Below, piece after piece: positions 24,090 to 36,567 of a stretch of DNA of 64,000 bases (within the stretch, counting starts at the first letter, position 1; each line of letters starts with the position of its first letter). Both the position numbers and the translations under genes were made by a program. The stretch is from Octopus bimaculoides (taxonomy: Eukaryota). Location: NCBI RefSeq assembly GCF_001194135.2, contig NC_068983.1:111178494-111242493 (forward strand). The letters run 5' to 3'. Under the pieces are notes generated by a model. The model worked only from the letters and a program-made list of their open reading frames with translations. It did not search any database and was not told the DNA's origin.

Positions 24090-25030
24090 GAAATTATTAA
24101 TGCCAGCTATGCTTTTGATCATCTAAATTATGAAACATTGTGTATGCCCGAAAAAAATGGGTATGCCAGAAGTCTTAGATTTTTTGTGACCAACATATTA
24201 TTCAAAACAATAAGCTATAGTAAGAGCAGAATTTTGAGTAACAAGGATTTGTTGTCGAGTTGCTTAGTTCTATAGTTTTAACATAGGCAGTGAAAGTAAC
24301 AGACGGTAAGTGATATTGGATGAGATAGGTCGATTTAAATTACTGGAACAGACAATTAACAGTCTGAGTTACGCGGATGACACAAGTATGCTTGCAGAAA
24401 ATGAAAAAGGTCTCAAAATATTGCTGAAAAAACTGACAGAGGAAAATGAAAAGGCTGCATTTAAATGAAACTTTAAAATATTTACAATTAAATCAACTTC
24501 GAATTTAAAGAAATTTAATATTGGAGATCAAACAGTAGAAGTAGTGGGCGAGTTTATTTTTGAAGGTCCACGGTTGAAAGAAGTGAGAGGTATTAAAATT
24601 AAATTTAAAAAGTATGGCCCTTAGAAAAGCTACTATGATGGGACTAAGAAAATTATGAGAGATAAAGAAGTGTCGCAAGCAACAAAGGAGGGATTGTTAA
24701 AATCAATGATATACCCATTAATGATGTATGGATGCGAAAGTTGGGCAATTAACAAACAAGATAGAAGGCAAATTGATGCATTTGAAATGTGGTGCTACAG
24801 AAGATTATTGACTGTTTCATGGACGGGAAAAAATACCCAAAACAGATCGATACTGCAGCAAGTAATACCTGACAGTACTTTAGAAACATTGATTGTCAAA
24901 CAATGATTAATATTCTTTGGTCACGTTCTCAAAGCGGATGATATCGAAAAAAAGAATTATGTTAGGGAAAACTAAAGATTTAAGAGAAAGAAGGCGGTCA
25001 TGCATGAGGGGGTGGGATGAGGTAATAGTA
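24090..25030 (+). mobile_element. RTE-clade LINE RT fragment
   Basis: SYAFDHLNYETL, INSLSYADDTSMLAENEKGLK, and ORF 24655-24906 MYGCESWAINKQDRRQIDAFEMWCYRRLL followed by FFGHVLK. Confidence 0.88.
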
Positions 25031-25329
25031 ACGAATAGGACGACTTTCCTTAGTTAGTTCCAAATGGGTGTGGGTAATAAGCAGAGAAGCAGAAAGCAGA
25101 ACACAAAAAAAAACAAGCAAACAAAAGAAAAAAAGCAGTATGAATTTGTGGAACAAGAATTAGTAGGTTGTTTTCAGCAAGGTATTATCCTTTGAAAATA
25201 TCCTGTGCTATTTTCATTCTATAATTCTTAATAGACTCAGAAATTCGCAGAAGTGTAGAAGGATAATGATTCTCATGGAATCATTATTCATTCTTATGGG
25301 TAAAGGGTTGATTTTATTTTTATTCTTTG

Positions 25330-25600
25330 GATTTGTAGTACCTTTACTATTTTCCATTTTAACATATCATGATCGATGTACCGTAAACTGTATTGAAGTA
25401 GTTTTATTTGTTAGAAGTGTCTCCAGTGGCCAACAGTGTCACACTCTTTCAAATGCTTTTTGACAATCAATCCAAGCCATGCTGAGGTTCACTTCCTCCT
25501 TTTTGCTGACCACTTCTAAGAGCAAGTACGGTTCTGTGCTAATACATTATTGTCTCTCAAGGGAATAACCAGTCTGTTGTAGATTATAGAAGTAAGAATT
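25330..25600 (-). mobile_element. Degenerate R4/Dong RT fragment
   Basis: Minus-strand translation NLSMAWIDCQKAFERV*HCWPLETL. Confidence 0.7.
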
Positions 25601-25784
25601 TTTATATATCAAGCAGGTTATAGTCCAGTAACTATAGGGTATCTACTATCTTTTAATTTTTAGCAATTAATGCTGATTTCCGTTCCCGCATGCATTAACT
25701 CACTGATTCATTGAATGCTGCTGCCACACGTCCACGGATACTGATAAGGCATTTCAAAGAAAAGGAGCTTTCCAATTTCAAAGT

Positions 25785-25925
25785 CTAGCACAAGGCCAAC
25801 ACTTTTGGGGAAGGGGTGAGTCGATTACATCGACCTCAGTGTTCAGCTGGTACCTATTTTTAAATCGATTCCGAGAGGATGAAAGAGAAATTCGACCTCC
25901 GCGGAATTTGTACTCAGACTTGTAA
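25785..25925 (-). mobile_element. SINE copy (OR-like)
   Basis: Reverse complement of gagtacaaattccgcggaggtcgaatt...ctcggaatcgat body and tail ccttccccaaaagtgttggccttgtgctaga. Confidence 0.75.
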
Positions 25926-25992
25926 TCGACTAGTCCAATACCCCAAAATTTCAAGCCTTCTGTCTTTAGTGGAAAGGATTACTGTTACTATC

Positions 25993-26551
25993 ATTATTAT
26001 TATTATTATTCCTTCGTAATACGGTGTAGATAAAAATGCACCGGAGTCTTTAGTTATCTGTGAAGTCATAACAAGGACCTCAGACAGATAATACTTCCTT
26101 AAGATGTACGCTGTGCCCAATAAAGCTGATTTTTGCAAGACATCAATCATGCATGGGATTTCCAGTTGCCCTCAGAAGTCGTGAAGTTTCAGTGGGATTG
26201 AGTCCAACGCTTCGATCACCACTGATATCACTTTTACATTATCCTCTCACATTTCATACAGTCTTACCATTTCCACTTTGAATTCAGAGTATTTAGTGAT
26301 TTTATCAACCTCTTTATTCCCAACATTCATGTCATTTGCTATGGTTACATCAATGATCTGACAGTATTTGTCTCTCTTATTCAATATGACAATACCCGGC
26401 CGACGGTGTTCGATTGCACTATCCGTCTGAAAATCATAGTCCCAGAGTATCATTACTTTTCCACATTCCTGTATAACTTTACTTGGTACATGCTCATACC
26501 AGTCGTCTGTTACTTCATATTGGTATTTACGGCATAAGAGCCAATGAAGAT

Positions 26552-26602
<51 letters not shown>

Positions 26603-27200
26603 ATCATGGCGGCGTTTGTATTCTTTTTGCGCAAGGCTCTCACATCCACTTACCAAGTGGGTCACATTTCCACACCCTTTTCATAGTCTGTATTTCTGGG
26701 TGTCAGAAGTTTTATAGATGTTATACTTCACTTAATTGGTAGCGAATGCCGTGTCTTGTGCAGCAATGATCAGACTTTCGGTGGTACGCTTCAAAGCACC
26801 TCGCTCAAGCCATACCCACGATGCTGTATTATCCTTAACGTCTTGTGTATTCCTTTCAAACTGTCCATGCATTCTCATTTCAAGAAGGTCTTCTTTTCTC
26901 TCCTCCTCAGCTCTTTGGTTAAACTCTTCCTTGCCCATCATTTCATCTGCATTTACACCCATATCTTTCGCGGCATATTACAGCAGGTCTTCATCACTAT
27001 TTATCAAATGCTTGGGAAGCGTTCTCCTTTCACTCCTTATACAATGGTCTATACTAATTAGTCCGCTGCCACCATTCCTTCTTTTCATATGCAGTCTCTT
27101 TACGTTTGGTTTAGGGTATAACGCCCCCTGCAGCGTCATCAACTCTCTCGTCCTTCTACCCCTTTCTCCAAATTTCAGACTTTGTGCTTATATTAGAAAT
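25993..27200 (-). mobile_element. R4/Dong LINE 3' fragment with RLE endonuclease, flanked by (TAA)n
   Basis: ORF pieces MHGQF...WLERGALKRTTESLIIAAQD (26732-26962), ILWDYDFQTDSAIEHRRPGIVILNK...IIDVTIAND...KITKY (26247-26597), LQKSALLGTAYILRK (25914-26150); (AAT)6 tail; a (CA)n tract inserted at about 26551-26598. Confidence 0.9.
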
Positions 27201-27211
27201 GATTATTATTA

Positions 27212-27279
<68 letters not shown>

Positions 27280-27469
27280 ATTATTAACTGTTAGAATTTC
27301 ATATAAAAAATTAATTCATAACATTCCGATTTCAAATTACGTCGCGTCGACTTTGCTTTTCATCCGATGGGTTTCAATGAAACTAGTACCTTTCAAGTAC
27401 TGCGTCGATATCATCAATTTACCCCCATCTTCAACTTTGCCAGCCTTATACTAAAATTAGAATTGTTAT

Positions 27470-27513
<44 letters not shown>

Positions 27514-27669
27514 TATCATCATCATCGTCATCGTCGTCGTCGTTATCATCATCCTCGAATGTGTCATCGTCGTCATCATCATCACCATAATCATGATTAT
27601 CACGTAAAAGTTTCGTGTACTCACTTCTTCCTGAGTTCTCCTAATTTGAAGTAGGTTTGGTTATAACAC

Positions 27670-27990
27670 TTTGTTTTCTTTACTTAATAGCATTTTACGC
27701 AGAATATGCTTCAATGTTTTGATTTGTATTATTAAAATGTTCTAGGATATTTTTTTATTCTTTCTCCGTACTCTGCAGCACAATTATTGGTGATCCTACA
27801 ATAGCTGGGACTATATTTGTTTCTATTCTCCACATTTTCCCTGGTTGAATTTCAGATCCTTGTATTTCGAGACTTGTTTTGTCCCTTTTAACGAAATGTT
27901 ACTGTTATTTGGGCAAGCCATTATAGTCTGACCAACTTGCTCTTAACTCTATGCTAGCATATATTCGCATGCCGTAACGAATTACATGTA
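27670..27990 (-). mobile_element. Very degenerate R4/Dong RLE C-terminal fragment
   Basis: KYKDLK...GKMWRIETNIVPAIVG remnant. Confidence 0.5.
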
Positions 27991-29147
27991 TTTCACTTTC
28001 TGCTGCAGCCTCCAGCACACACACGTTTCATTTTTCTGCAGTTGGTGACTTTATTTCATTCCGTATGTTCTAATTATGTTATGTAGTAACTCTGTCATGT
28101 TTACTAATATATTATGAAACAAACAGTCTGATCGACACATCAAACAGCATACCTCTGTCAATGTTTAACTGGGAGAAATCAAAGCTAAACTACAAATACG
28201 TATCAGGCTTTCACTTTGCTCTTTTGGTTATGATCTCGAAGCTAGGTGTGGTTCTGTCATTTGTCACAATCCATCTACTCTTTAATTTATTTTTGAACAA
28301 AAATAAAAAATGTAGGGGGAGTGCTTTCAGTTTTTTTTTATGCCTTCATTTTAAGTGCTCTCTGTTTTAACTATATTTCTAATTATTAAATCACTATTGT
28401 TGCACTAATCTTTTCAGTAGTGTAAGCTGTTTAGTGCTAAGTGTATTTGTGTTACGTGAGGAATCCGTATGTAGAGTACCTATCTCTGTTAAATATATTG
28501 AGTGTTACCTATAGTTGCCGACATGTTTTAGAAATTATTCCCGATTTAGACGATTTTTGATAGTAAAGTATTGCTTTTGTGTAATTATGGATAGTGAGAA
28601 AATGTTGTAGCACATTTCTGAGTCACACTTTTTCCACAGATCGTTCCCTATACAGAATTGTAGATCTGGGTCAAGTGAAATCCGTGTCAGAGCGCCTGGC
28701 ATAGGGAATTTTCACAAGCACTCATAATTCTCAACAAACGAGAAATGTAGTAAATGGTATTCCAACTCTTGTTGTCTAGAAAAGGTTGATTGTGAACAGG
28801 ATAGACGCAACCTCACTGAGTCTCTTAACGTCAACTAGGGTCATATCAGCAGACTATTCCGAAAGATGTTTAGTCCGAATTGTAGAAAGCTCCCAGACAT
28901 GCCTGACTAGCAATTCTGCAATCCATAGAAATGCCAGTTAAGGATAAACACAATGGAATTGTTAATACCGCCATTCAGGCCTGTCCTACATGCATGTAAA
29001 GCAACTAAACTGTTTTGAACTCATTCAATGTCTGAACGGTGCTAATTTATAAGTTATGGCAAACAGATTTTGTAGCGTGTGTAGGGTCAGGCCCGGTTGA
29101 TAGCCGAATCCATCATGAAAATTGCTCCACTGTTTTCTTTTTGACAG

Positions 29148-29253
29148 GAAGAGCAAGCTAATTCCAAACAAGATCGAAAGGATTGGGAACTAACACTTTA
29201 CTCTTCAGACAAATCCTCATCAAATTCTTTAACTTCAACTTTGAGAAAAAAAA
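29148..29253 (+). CDS. Candidate host exon (EEQANSKQDRKDWELTLYSSDKSSSNSLTSTLRKK)
   Basis: Consensus acceptor tgttttctttttgacag, consensus donor A|gtgagt, only one of three frames open, 106 nt (phase 0 to 1). Confidence 0.7.
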
Positions 29254-29632
29254 GTGAGTATTAGGAATGCAGACAGATCTTTAGTGAATTTGTTGAAAGT
29301 TGGTGTAGATTACGGTAATGGCTGTATGGGTTGGAGATCAAAGCTAGGAAATTTTCCTTGGTGTTCGCATTAATCCTGTATGTGTAGCGTTCCTTGATTG
29401 GTCTTCTGTGAAGCTCACCTATAGGGACGTCTCATTTTGTTTCTTTTAAACACTATTCTTCAACAGGTCTGTTTTCGTAAGTAATTGTAAGTAAAGCCCT
29501 GCTATTTTTGTATTTTCTTTTTCTGGATGTCCCCTTCTCTCTCCTCCTAGTAGAAAACAGAAGATAGTAATATTGTATTGCCAAAAGTTTCGAGATTTTT
29601 CAGCACTATAATATGCACACCCCCATGATAGT

Positions 29633-29707
29633 TTCATCATTTCTATCATCATAATCATCATCATCATCATCATCATCATTATCATCATCATCATTATCAT
29701 CATCATT

Positions 29708-29762
<55 letters not shown>

Positions 29763-29763
29763 C
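29633..29763. repeat. (ATC)n microsatellite
   Basis: Direct reading. Confidence 0.95.
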
Positions 29764-29934
29764 TGCCTTTAATATTTTCTGAATCGATAAAGGAAGTTTG
29801 AGTCAAGTGTTAGGTTCGATATAATCGACTGCTCTTTCACCGTCACCGTAACCGCCACCACCGAAAAGAGAAAGATTGGTATGCGGCCTTCGTGTTTATA
29901 CTAAAAGTCATCATTATTATATAACAATTATGGT

Positions 29935-30330
29935 GGCGGTTGGTAGAATCGGTAGGGTAACCGATAAAATTTCTTTCGGCAATTAGTTACAACCTTTTAA
30001 ATTCCGAATTCCTCAGATGTTGACTTTTCGTTTCATTCTTCTAGGATCGATGAAATATGTACTGTTCAAGTACTAGAATCGATTAAAATCGATTGCCAAT
30101 ATTAGAAATTATTTACGTCAATATTAGAAATTATTATTATTAACAGTAATCAGGGCGGTAGAGTAGCAAATATAGTAAATTGGTAAACTCTGTACATTAA
30201 AGTGTTTAGTATCGACCCCACTCTGTATTTTCACATTTTAATTCTGCAGGGCTGCTGGTATTTGCCTTTCATTAAACTGTAGTTGTTAACGTACCGGTTA
30301 TGAATTGAGCTTGATTCAAGCAATTTTGCC
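29935..30330 (+). mobile_element. Two degenerate OR-like SINE copies
   Basis: ggcggttggtagaatcgg head, ttgacttttcgtttcattc and ttgcctttcatt bodies. Confidence 0.55.
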
Positions 30331-30363
30331 CATTCCATGCCAATTATATGACCCCTTGACAAT

Positions 30364-30395
<32 letters not shown>

Positions 30396-32054
30396 CCACC
30401 ACCACCACCGCCGCAACCACCACCACCACCACTATCATCATCATCATCATCATCATCACCATCATCATCACCATTGTCATCGGTAGAAGCAGCAGTAGTA
30501 GTTGTAGCAGCAGCAGATGCAGTACTAGATGTATTATATTTGGTATTTGTTAATTTTTCATTAGTATTGTCCTAATTAGCACCCCTACATCTTCTATCTC
30601 TTGTCAGTAATCATGACCATAATCATCATGATCATCATGATCATCGCCAATGTTCGGGTCGTCGTCGTCGTCGTTGTCTTTATTCTCCTGTCGTCATCGA
30701 TGGCCTCTGTGACGCCGTGATTCTTTTTTCGTTTATGTTGCAGTTCTTATCTTTATTTATTTATTCATTGATTTATTTATTTATTTATTTATTCTTAAAT
30801 GAAAATTGTATAAGAATTGGGAAACAAATCTAGAAAATAATTAAAATTTCTTTACATTGAACAACATCATTCATATTACCACTCTCACCAGCCACAAAAC
30901 AACAACAACAACAGCAGCAACAGCTCTAATAGCAAGAACAAACATTTTTTCCAGTAATTTATATATATTTATACTGTTTTTGGTGTCAGATTTTTCTTGT
31001 TCATGTTATTCATTTCCAATTAATTTTTGCCTATTTTTTTAGTGTTTCCGAAAATTGCTATTTGCGTGAGATTTTCTCATATCACCATTTCACTTTCTAT
31101 TTTTTTATATAGTATTTTTTGTTATTCATGTGGTGGAGGTGCAGAGCCCAGGATCTTCGTAAAACCTTCTACACTGATAAGATTGATGTGGTTGATGTTT
31201 AGATGTAGATTTGTAGGAAAATTGTTTTATAGGAAAGCAATTTTGTAGAGGATGTAATGAGCAAAGCATTTAGTGTATGTTACGAAGAGTATGCTACAGC
31301 AGACATGACGAGAATCTAATTGCTACTCCAGAGTAACAGAGCCTGTTGTAGTAACAGTTGAAGATATATTTAAAAGAAACAGAACAAATGCGTGACAGTG
31401 GTGGTTATAAAATTAACGAATATGTACACAGACTTTGCCGATTGGTTAAGACGATTGTTTTACAACCATGAGGTACCGAGATCAGTCCTACTGCGTGAAA
31501 AATTGGGTAATTGACTTTAACAGGTTAAAAGTTGATCCAAACCACGTGTATAAAATCGATGAAAACAGAGAGTGGTGTAGAAGGCCTTCGATGGACGGCA
31601 CCCCATTGATATGGCTTTGCGCTAAGGCCACATGCATCCGTGATATACTTTGTCGCTTGTACATTAATGAGCAGGTACTTCACTTAGTTGAAACCAACAG
31701 ATCATCTTCATAGGAGCTTGTGAGTATTTGCCAGTCAACCAAATATTTTTGCTTGTTTTGCAATACTAGATGAAGTATGTATGTTTGCATGTGTTTGCGT
31801 GTATTTGTGTATGTCGTTTTGTGTGTGCATATGGGTGAGGCGGTGGTGTAGCAACACAACTTCAGATATCTTAGCAATACTCAGATTTGAGTTATATTCG
31901 ATCACATTAAAGGGCTAGCAATTGAATGGTGATAAAGAGGAGCCTACATTTAGGATGCAGATTTAGCAGTTACGCTACTTATAAGGTTGCTATAAGCAAT
32001 CATAGAGTGAGCGTAAAATTTAATATCCGTAGTGACTTCGAGAGTTTTAATTGT

Positions 32055-32380
32055 GTGTTTGTCATGATTAAGGTGTGGTTTCCAGGACCGGGCTGCGTGT
32101 TATGTTCTTGAGCAAGACTTTTTATTTCACGTTGCTCCAGTTCATTCAACTGTAGAAATGAGTTGCGACGTCACTGGTACCAAGCTGTATCGGCCTTGCT
32201 TTTCCTTTACATAACATCGGTGGCGTGGAGAGGAGAGGCTGGTAGGCATGGGCGACTGCTGGTATTCCCCAAAACAACCTTAGGTTGTTCGTTTGCTGGT
32301 GAGGCGAGTTTCTACCTTGACCTGTACCCGGAGGGGAACCACTTAGGTTCCCCCATGGGCATTCATGACCGACGGAGTCG

Positions 32381-32385
<5 letters not shown>
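32055..32385 (+). mobile_element. tRNA-derived SINE with a conserved central (CORE/V-like) domain
   Basis: ttcttgagcaagac...tttcacgttgctccagttcattcaactgtagaaatgagt central box; tail ccatgggcattcatgaccg. Confidence 0.65.
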
Positions 32386-32415
<30 letters not shown>

Positions 32416-32685
32416 NNNNNNNNNNNNNNNNNNNNNNNNNNNNNNNNNNNNNNNNNNNNNNNNNNNNNNNNNNNNNNNNNNNNNNNNNNNNNNNNNNNNN
32501 NNNNNNNNNNNNNNNNNNNNNNNNNNNNNNNNNNNNNNNNNNNNNNNNNNNNNNNNNNNNNNNNNNNNNNNNNNNNNNNNNNNNNNNNNNNNNNNNNNNN
32601 NNNNNNNNNNNNNNNNNNNNNNNNNNNNNNNNNNNNNNNNNNNNNNNNNNNNNNNNNNNNNNNNNNATATATATATATATATATA

Positions 32686-33115
32686 CAGGGTGCAATGCAT
32701 AAAGTGTCGTCTAAATTACGCAAAAATTAAAATAAAACTGATCTCTCATTTTAACAGATATATCTACCAAAGCTACATAAAAATATCTTGAAATACTAAA
32801 GATTAAATTTATTCAATAAAATCGCCATTGGCTTCAACTACGGCCTCCAGACGGCTTCGGAATCTTCTGGATCTCTTCTGGATGGTCTCCTTGTTTAACT
32901 TGGTGAACGCTGCCATAATACTTGCCTTCAATTCCTCTTTGGTGTTACAAGGAATTTTGTTGGTCTTTCGCTCAACTGCGCCCCGCACATAATAATCAAG
33001 AGGGTTGCAGTCTGAGGAGTTAGGGGGCCAGATGTTAGGGATGATGTGGTCGCAGAAATTGTCTGACAACCATCACTGGCTTCTCTTGCTTATGTAGCAT
33101 GATGCAGAATCCTGT
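32686..33115 (-). mobile_element. Tc1/maT (DD37D-like) transposase 3' fragment with right TIR
   Basis: QDSA...WLSDNF then ORF 32809-33069 IWPPNSSDCNPLDYY...RFRSRLEAVVEANGDFIE; TA|cagggtg terminus at 32684. Confidence 0.85.
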
Positions 33116-33116
33116 A

Positions 33117-33750
33117 GTCATTTTTGTTGGGTTTAAACAAAGAATTGCATATGAAAAATTCGATCCATTCATTTTTTCTTTCGTTAAATTATGAGGCACC
33201 GGAATATCACAGTGATTCATGTATCAAAATATTTTTAAATGCCTTATAACACTCATATGAAATATGTGAAGTGCCTCTGTGATAGCTTGTGCAATGTGAT
33301 CTGGATTATTTTTGATTACCTTTTTGAATTGGTCATCCTGAATGACTTTAGGCTTGCTTAGAGCGCTCACCTCTTTCAGATCAGAACTGTCACTCCTAAA
33401 CATAGTGATGACTTACGAGCAGTCCTTTCAGCCATGGCACTATTTCCATACACTGCACATATTTTGTTTCTGTTTCACGGCCAAAAAGTTAAGCTATCGA
33501 AATGGGTATATTTAGACTTTTCCAAAACCAAGAATAAATTCGCAGTTCAGCAAAAAACTTTATGCATGCTTTTCTATCCAATAATTTTTTACGAGTATTC
33601 AAATTTAATTAAAAATCGGAAAGTTTCATTTGAAAATAATTAGCTGAATCTTTATTGAGAATTTAGGAAAAAATGCTTAGCTGTCATTCTTAATGACAAA
33701 AATCTGTTTTAGACTCTATAACTGCTAATAACTTTGTACACACACCTTAA
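33117..33750 (-). mobile_element. Mariner 5' fragment (TIR plus HTH region)
   Basis: Minus-strand remnants NKICAVYGNSAMAERTARK, DDQFKKVIKNNP, SVIRHLK, VPHNLTKEK; TIR-like taaggtgtgtgtacaaagttattagcag. Confidence 0.65.
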
Positions 33751-35823
33751 AAGAGGTCACTTTTGTTTTGATGTTTTTGCTGGGTGCTATTGAAGATTTG
33801 TTTGGGAGAATTGCTAAAGAATAAAAAAAAAAGCAGGGAAATGTGTGCATTTTTAGGAATAACATATAGGCGCAAATCTAAGGATAACTTGAAAACCGGG
33901 AAAATCCCAGTACTAAGCCATATATTTTTCAGTAGGCTTACAGTAAAGGCTTTCAGAAAAATGTAGGTTTTGATATTGAAACTCTTACAGTTTTAAAAAT
34001 ATGAGGTAAAATGTACATACAAATGTGAGAAAATTTAGCTTGCGCATGAATTACTTCGGAATTTCAAACAAAATCAAATTGAGTTAGTATTTAATATCTA
34101 CAAAAAATTGGACTTCTTCAGCGATGATGACATATAAATCTTTCACAAATTCAGTAAAATATATCCATTTTCGAAGTACAGAGAAAATATCCTGGAGCTC
34201 AAAGCCAATATTTAATGGAACCCATGACCCCATGAAAGGTGCAACCCGTAACGAATTTTGTATCCACCGGTCTTGATATTAAAGTCTAATTTTTAAAAAT
34301 TTGCGCACAGACTTTCAGAAACCAAACTGGTTGGAATCTGAACATACTTCCTCTACTCTCCCATCTGACTTAAATACTTGCTCTGCAACAAAAAAAATTA
34401 TCATACCTTCATATGCCCCAAGAAAGCCTATATTTTAGAGAAATACTACTCATACACTACGAAAACATCTAGGAACATTGAGTTCAGCAATGAAATTGTA
34501 ATAATTTCACTCAGATGGGAAATAATGGAGCAAGCTTTCAGTTTCTACCATAATTTTATTACAGTATTAGGTTTATTGTCCTTTTGTAAGTAATTCGTTT
34601 TGCAGTAAGGCCATGCTTTTCACATTTATGCATTTATTTCAAAATTACCAGTGTCTTACAGTCTACTGATAGTGTCAACATGCTTCTCGTTTTGATTGAT
34701 GTTTTATTGTGGATTAGTTCAAACAGATCATATGATTCACAATAGCCTTCCAATACATGGTCATCCAGACACCCATGTCTGAAACCACCATTTAGCTCAA
34801 TTATTTCCTAGCCGTGACCAGGAACATTGTGAAAAGTTGTTGTGATACTAATCTATGTTGGTTCTATTTGAATTATCCTTCATTTGTTCAGCATAACATT
34901 CATTATCCAGTTTTCTCTTCTATTTTTAACTATAAACTACCTGTCTTTATTTGATTTAAATTTCTTGAAGTAACCAATTACAGTCTGTTATATTTTTCAT
35001 TGAGTACACAGTCCATTACCTTCTCCACTAATTCAACTGCAATGTTATAACTAGCATCTTGTGAATTGTAAAACATTTTAGGAAGATCTGTCTGTAATTT
35101 CCATGTTGTACATAAATAAACATGATTGATTCAAAATCAACACCTTAAGTCAAACTGTGTAATGTTACACTACCAATCTTTATTCTCTGAATGCAAAAGA
35201 AAAATTAATTTATGTTTAATATTGAAAATGTATATGAAGCTAGTCTTTTGTTATTGCTCAATTCCATTCAATAATAATGCATAAACAAATCCATCTGTTA
35301 GCTTTCGGCTTTCTAAATATATTACTAATTAGCACATTATAGTGAATTTATACTGAGCCTGTCAAACAGACTTGATTCCTTTTACATATTATCGAAACAG
35401 TTATGATAATCTTAATTCCATCCAATTGTTAGTAAAGATGCAGCTGCCTAAAGCTCATAATGCATATGATTTTATACCCAAGTTCAGCATAGTGAGTGGT
35501 GATACTTACTTGAAAGAATGGTTATTGTCTACTACAAGGGACTCTATAATTTAAAATCTCATATTTATACTTATCTTGACACCTGACGTAAAAGTCATCT
35601 GTTTAATGCTCAAAAATGGATTCCTCGATGAATTTTGTTTGAGAAGACAAGCTCCTATTTATTTCAATAGCTTTTATTTTTCAAAAATTTTAAGCTGATA
35701 GTAAATGTCTTCGAAATGGCCATTTTAGCTCACTGTGTGTTAGAACAGCGGAAGTAAAAGTATATCAAATGACGAAAATATATCATTTTTTAAATTTTCT
35801 TTTTTAACATACACCAACAATAG

Positions 35824-36023
35824 AAACAAACTATCCACGCAGTAATCGTATAGAAAAACATGTTGAAATCAAAAGCATCAGTTTTAGGGACCAACATCTC
35901 TTCAATATCGTCAGAAAAATACAAAAAAAAAACCCTGAGAGACCTACTTGTTGTGGGTCTAAGCTTCTTCAGAAGAAAACTAGATCTCCTCCTCTCGAGA
36001 GTTCTGGATGAGCCTACCTCAGG
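35824..36023 (+). CDS. Candidate host exon with two possible acceptors (35824 or 35888)
   Basis: Donor CAGG|gtaaga. From 35888: TNISSISSEKYKKKTLRDLLVVGLSFFRRKLDLLLSRVLDEPTS, open to the donor. From 35824: TNYPRSNRIEKHVEIKSISFRDQHLFNIVRKIQKK...ESSG* (TGA 36009-36011). Both are phase-compatible with exon 29148-29253. Confidence 0.55.
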
Positions 36024-36533
36024 GTAAGAAACGCAGATGAGGGCAGCTGCATCAAACTCCTTCGTTCTCCAAATATCACGTACCGGAGTAGGTGTCAAGT
36101 AGTGAAGAAATAACAGAGCTGATAGTGGTGCCCCAGCGTAGCCGCAGCACTCGAGCTGTGGCTAAGTAATGAGTTAAAGAGTTACACATACACACTCGCA
36201 AATACCGCATACATACATACATACATACATACATACATCTATGCTTCTAGCATGTGGGAAACGAAATCGCAGGTTCAGACGACAACAATTGAAAAGGACA
36301 GGAAGAGTTATTCCAACACCATATTTTAAGAAAGTTCAGAAGATTAATAGGTGTCAAACAGACCCTGCTTCAGGAATACATTCATTTTAATCTGTTAAAC
36401 ACAATTTAGTTCTTAACCTTTCGTACTTCATTGTATATTTTGAGCATATATTTTGGCAGTTCCAGAAAACAGAAAAAGCCAGAAATCTGGGCCACTTCCA
36501 GTCCCAAGCTTGTCGTATTACACACGCACACAC

Positions 36534-36567
<34 letters not shown>

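Noticed and set aside
28640-29130. Possible RTE RT remnant on the minus strand running into exon 29148
   Set aside because: FGL- and YLGS-like motifs are weak and their spacing does not match RTE RT.
34400-35360. hAT transposase remnant (ASYNIA...)
   Set aside because: A single short motif with no further diagnostic residues or TIRs.
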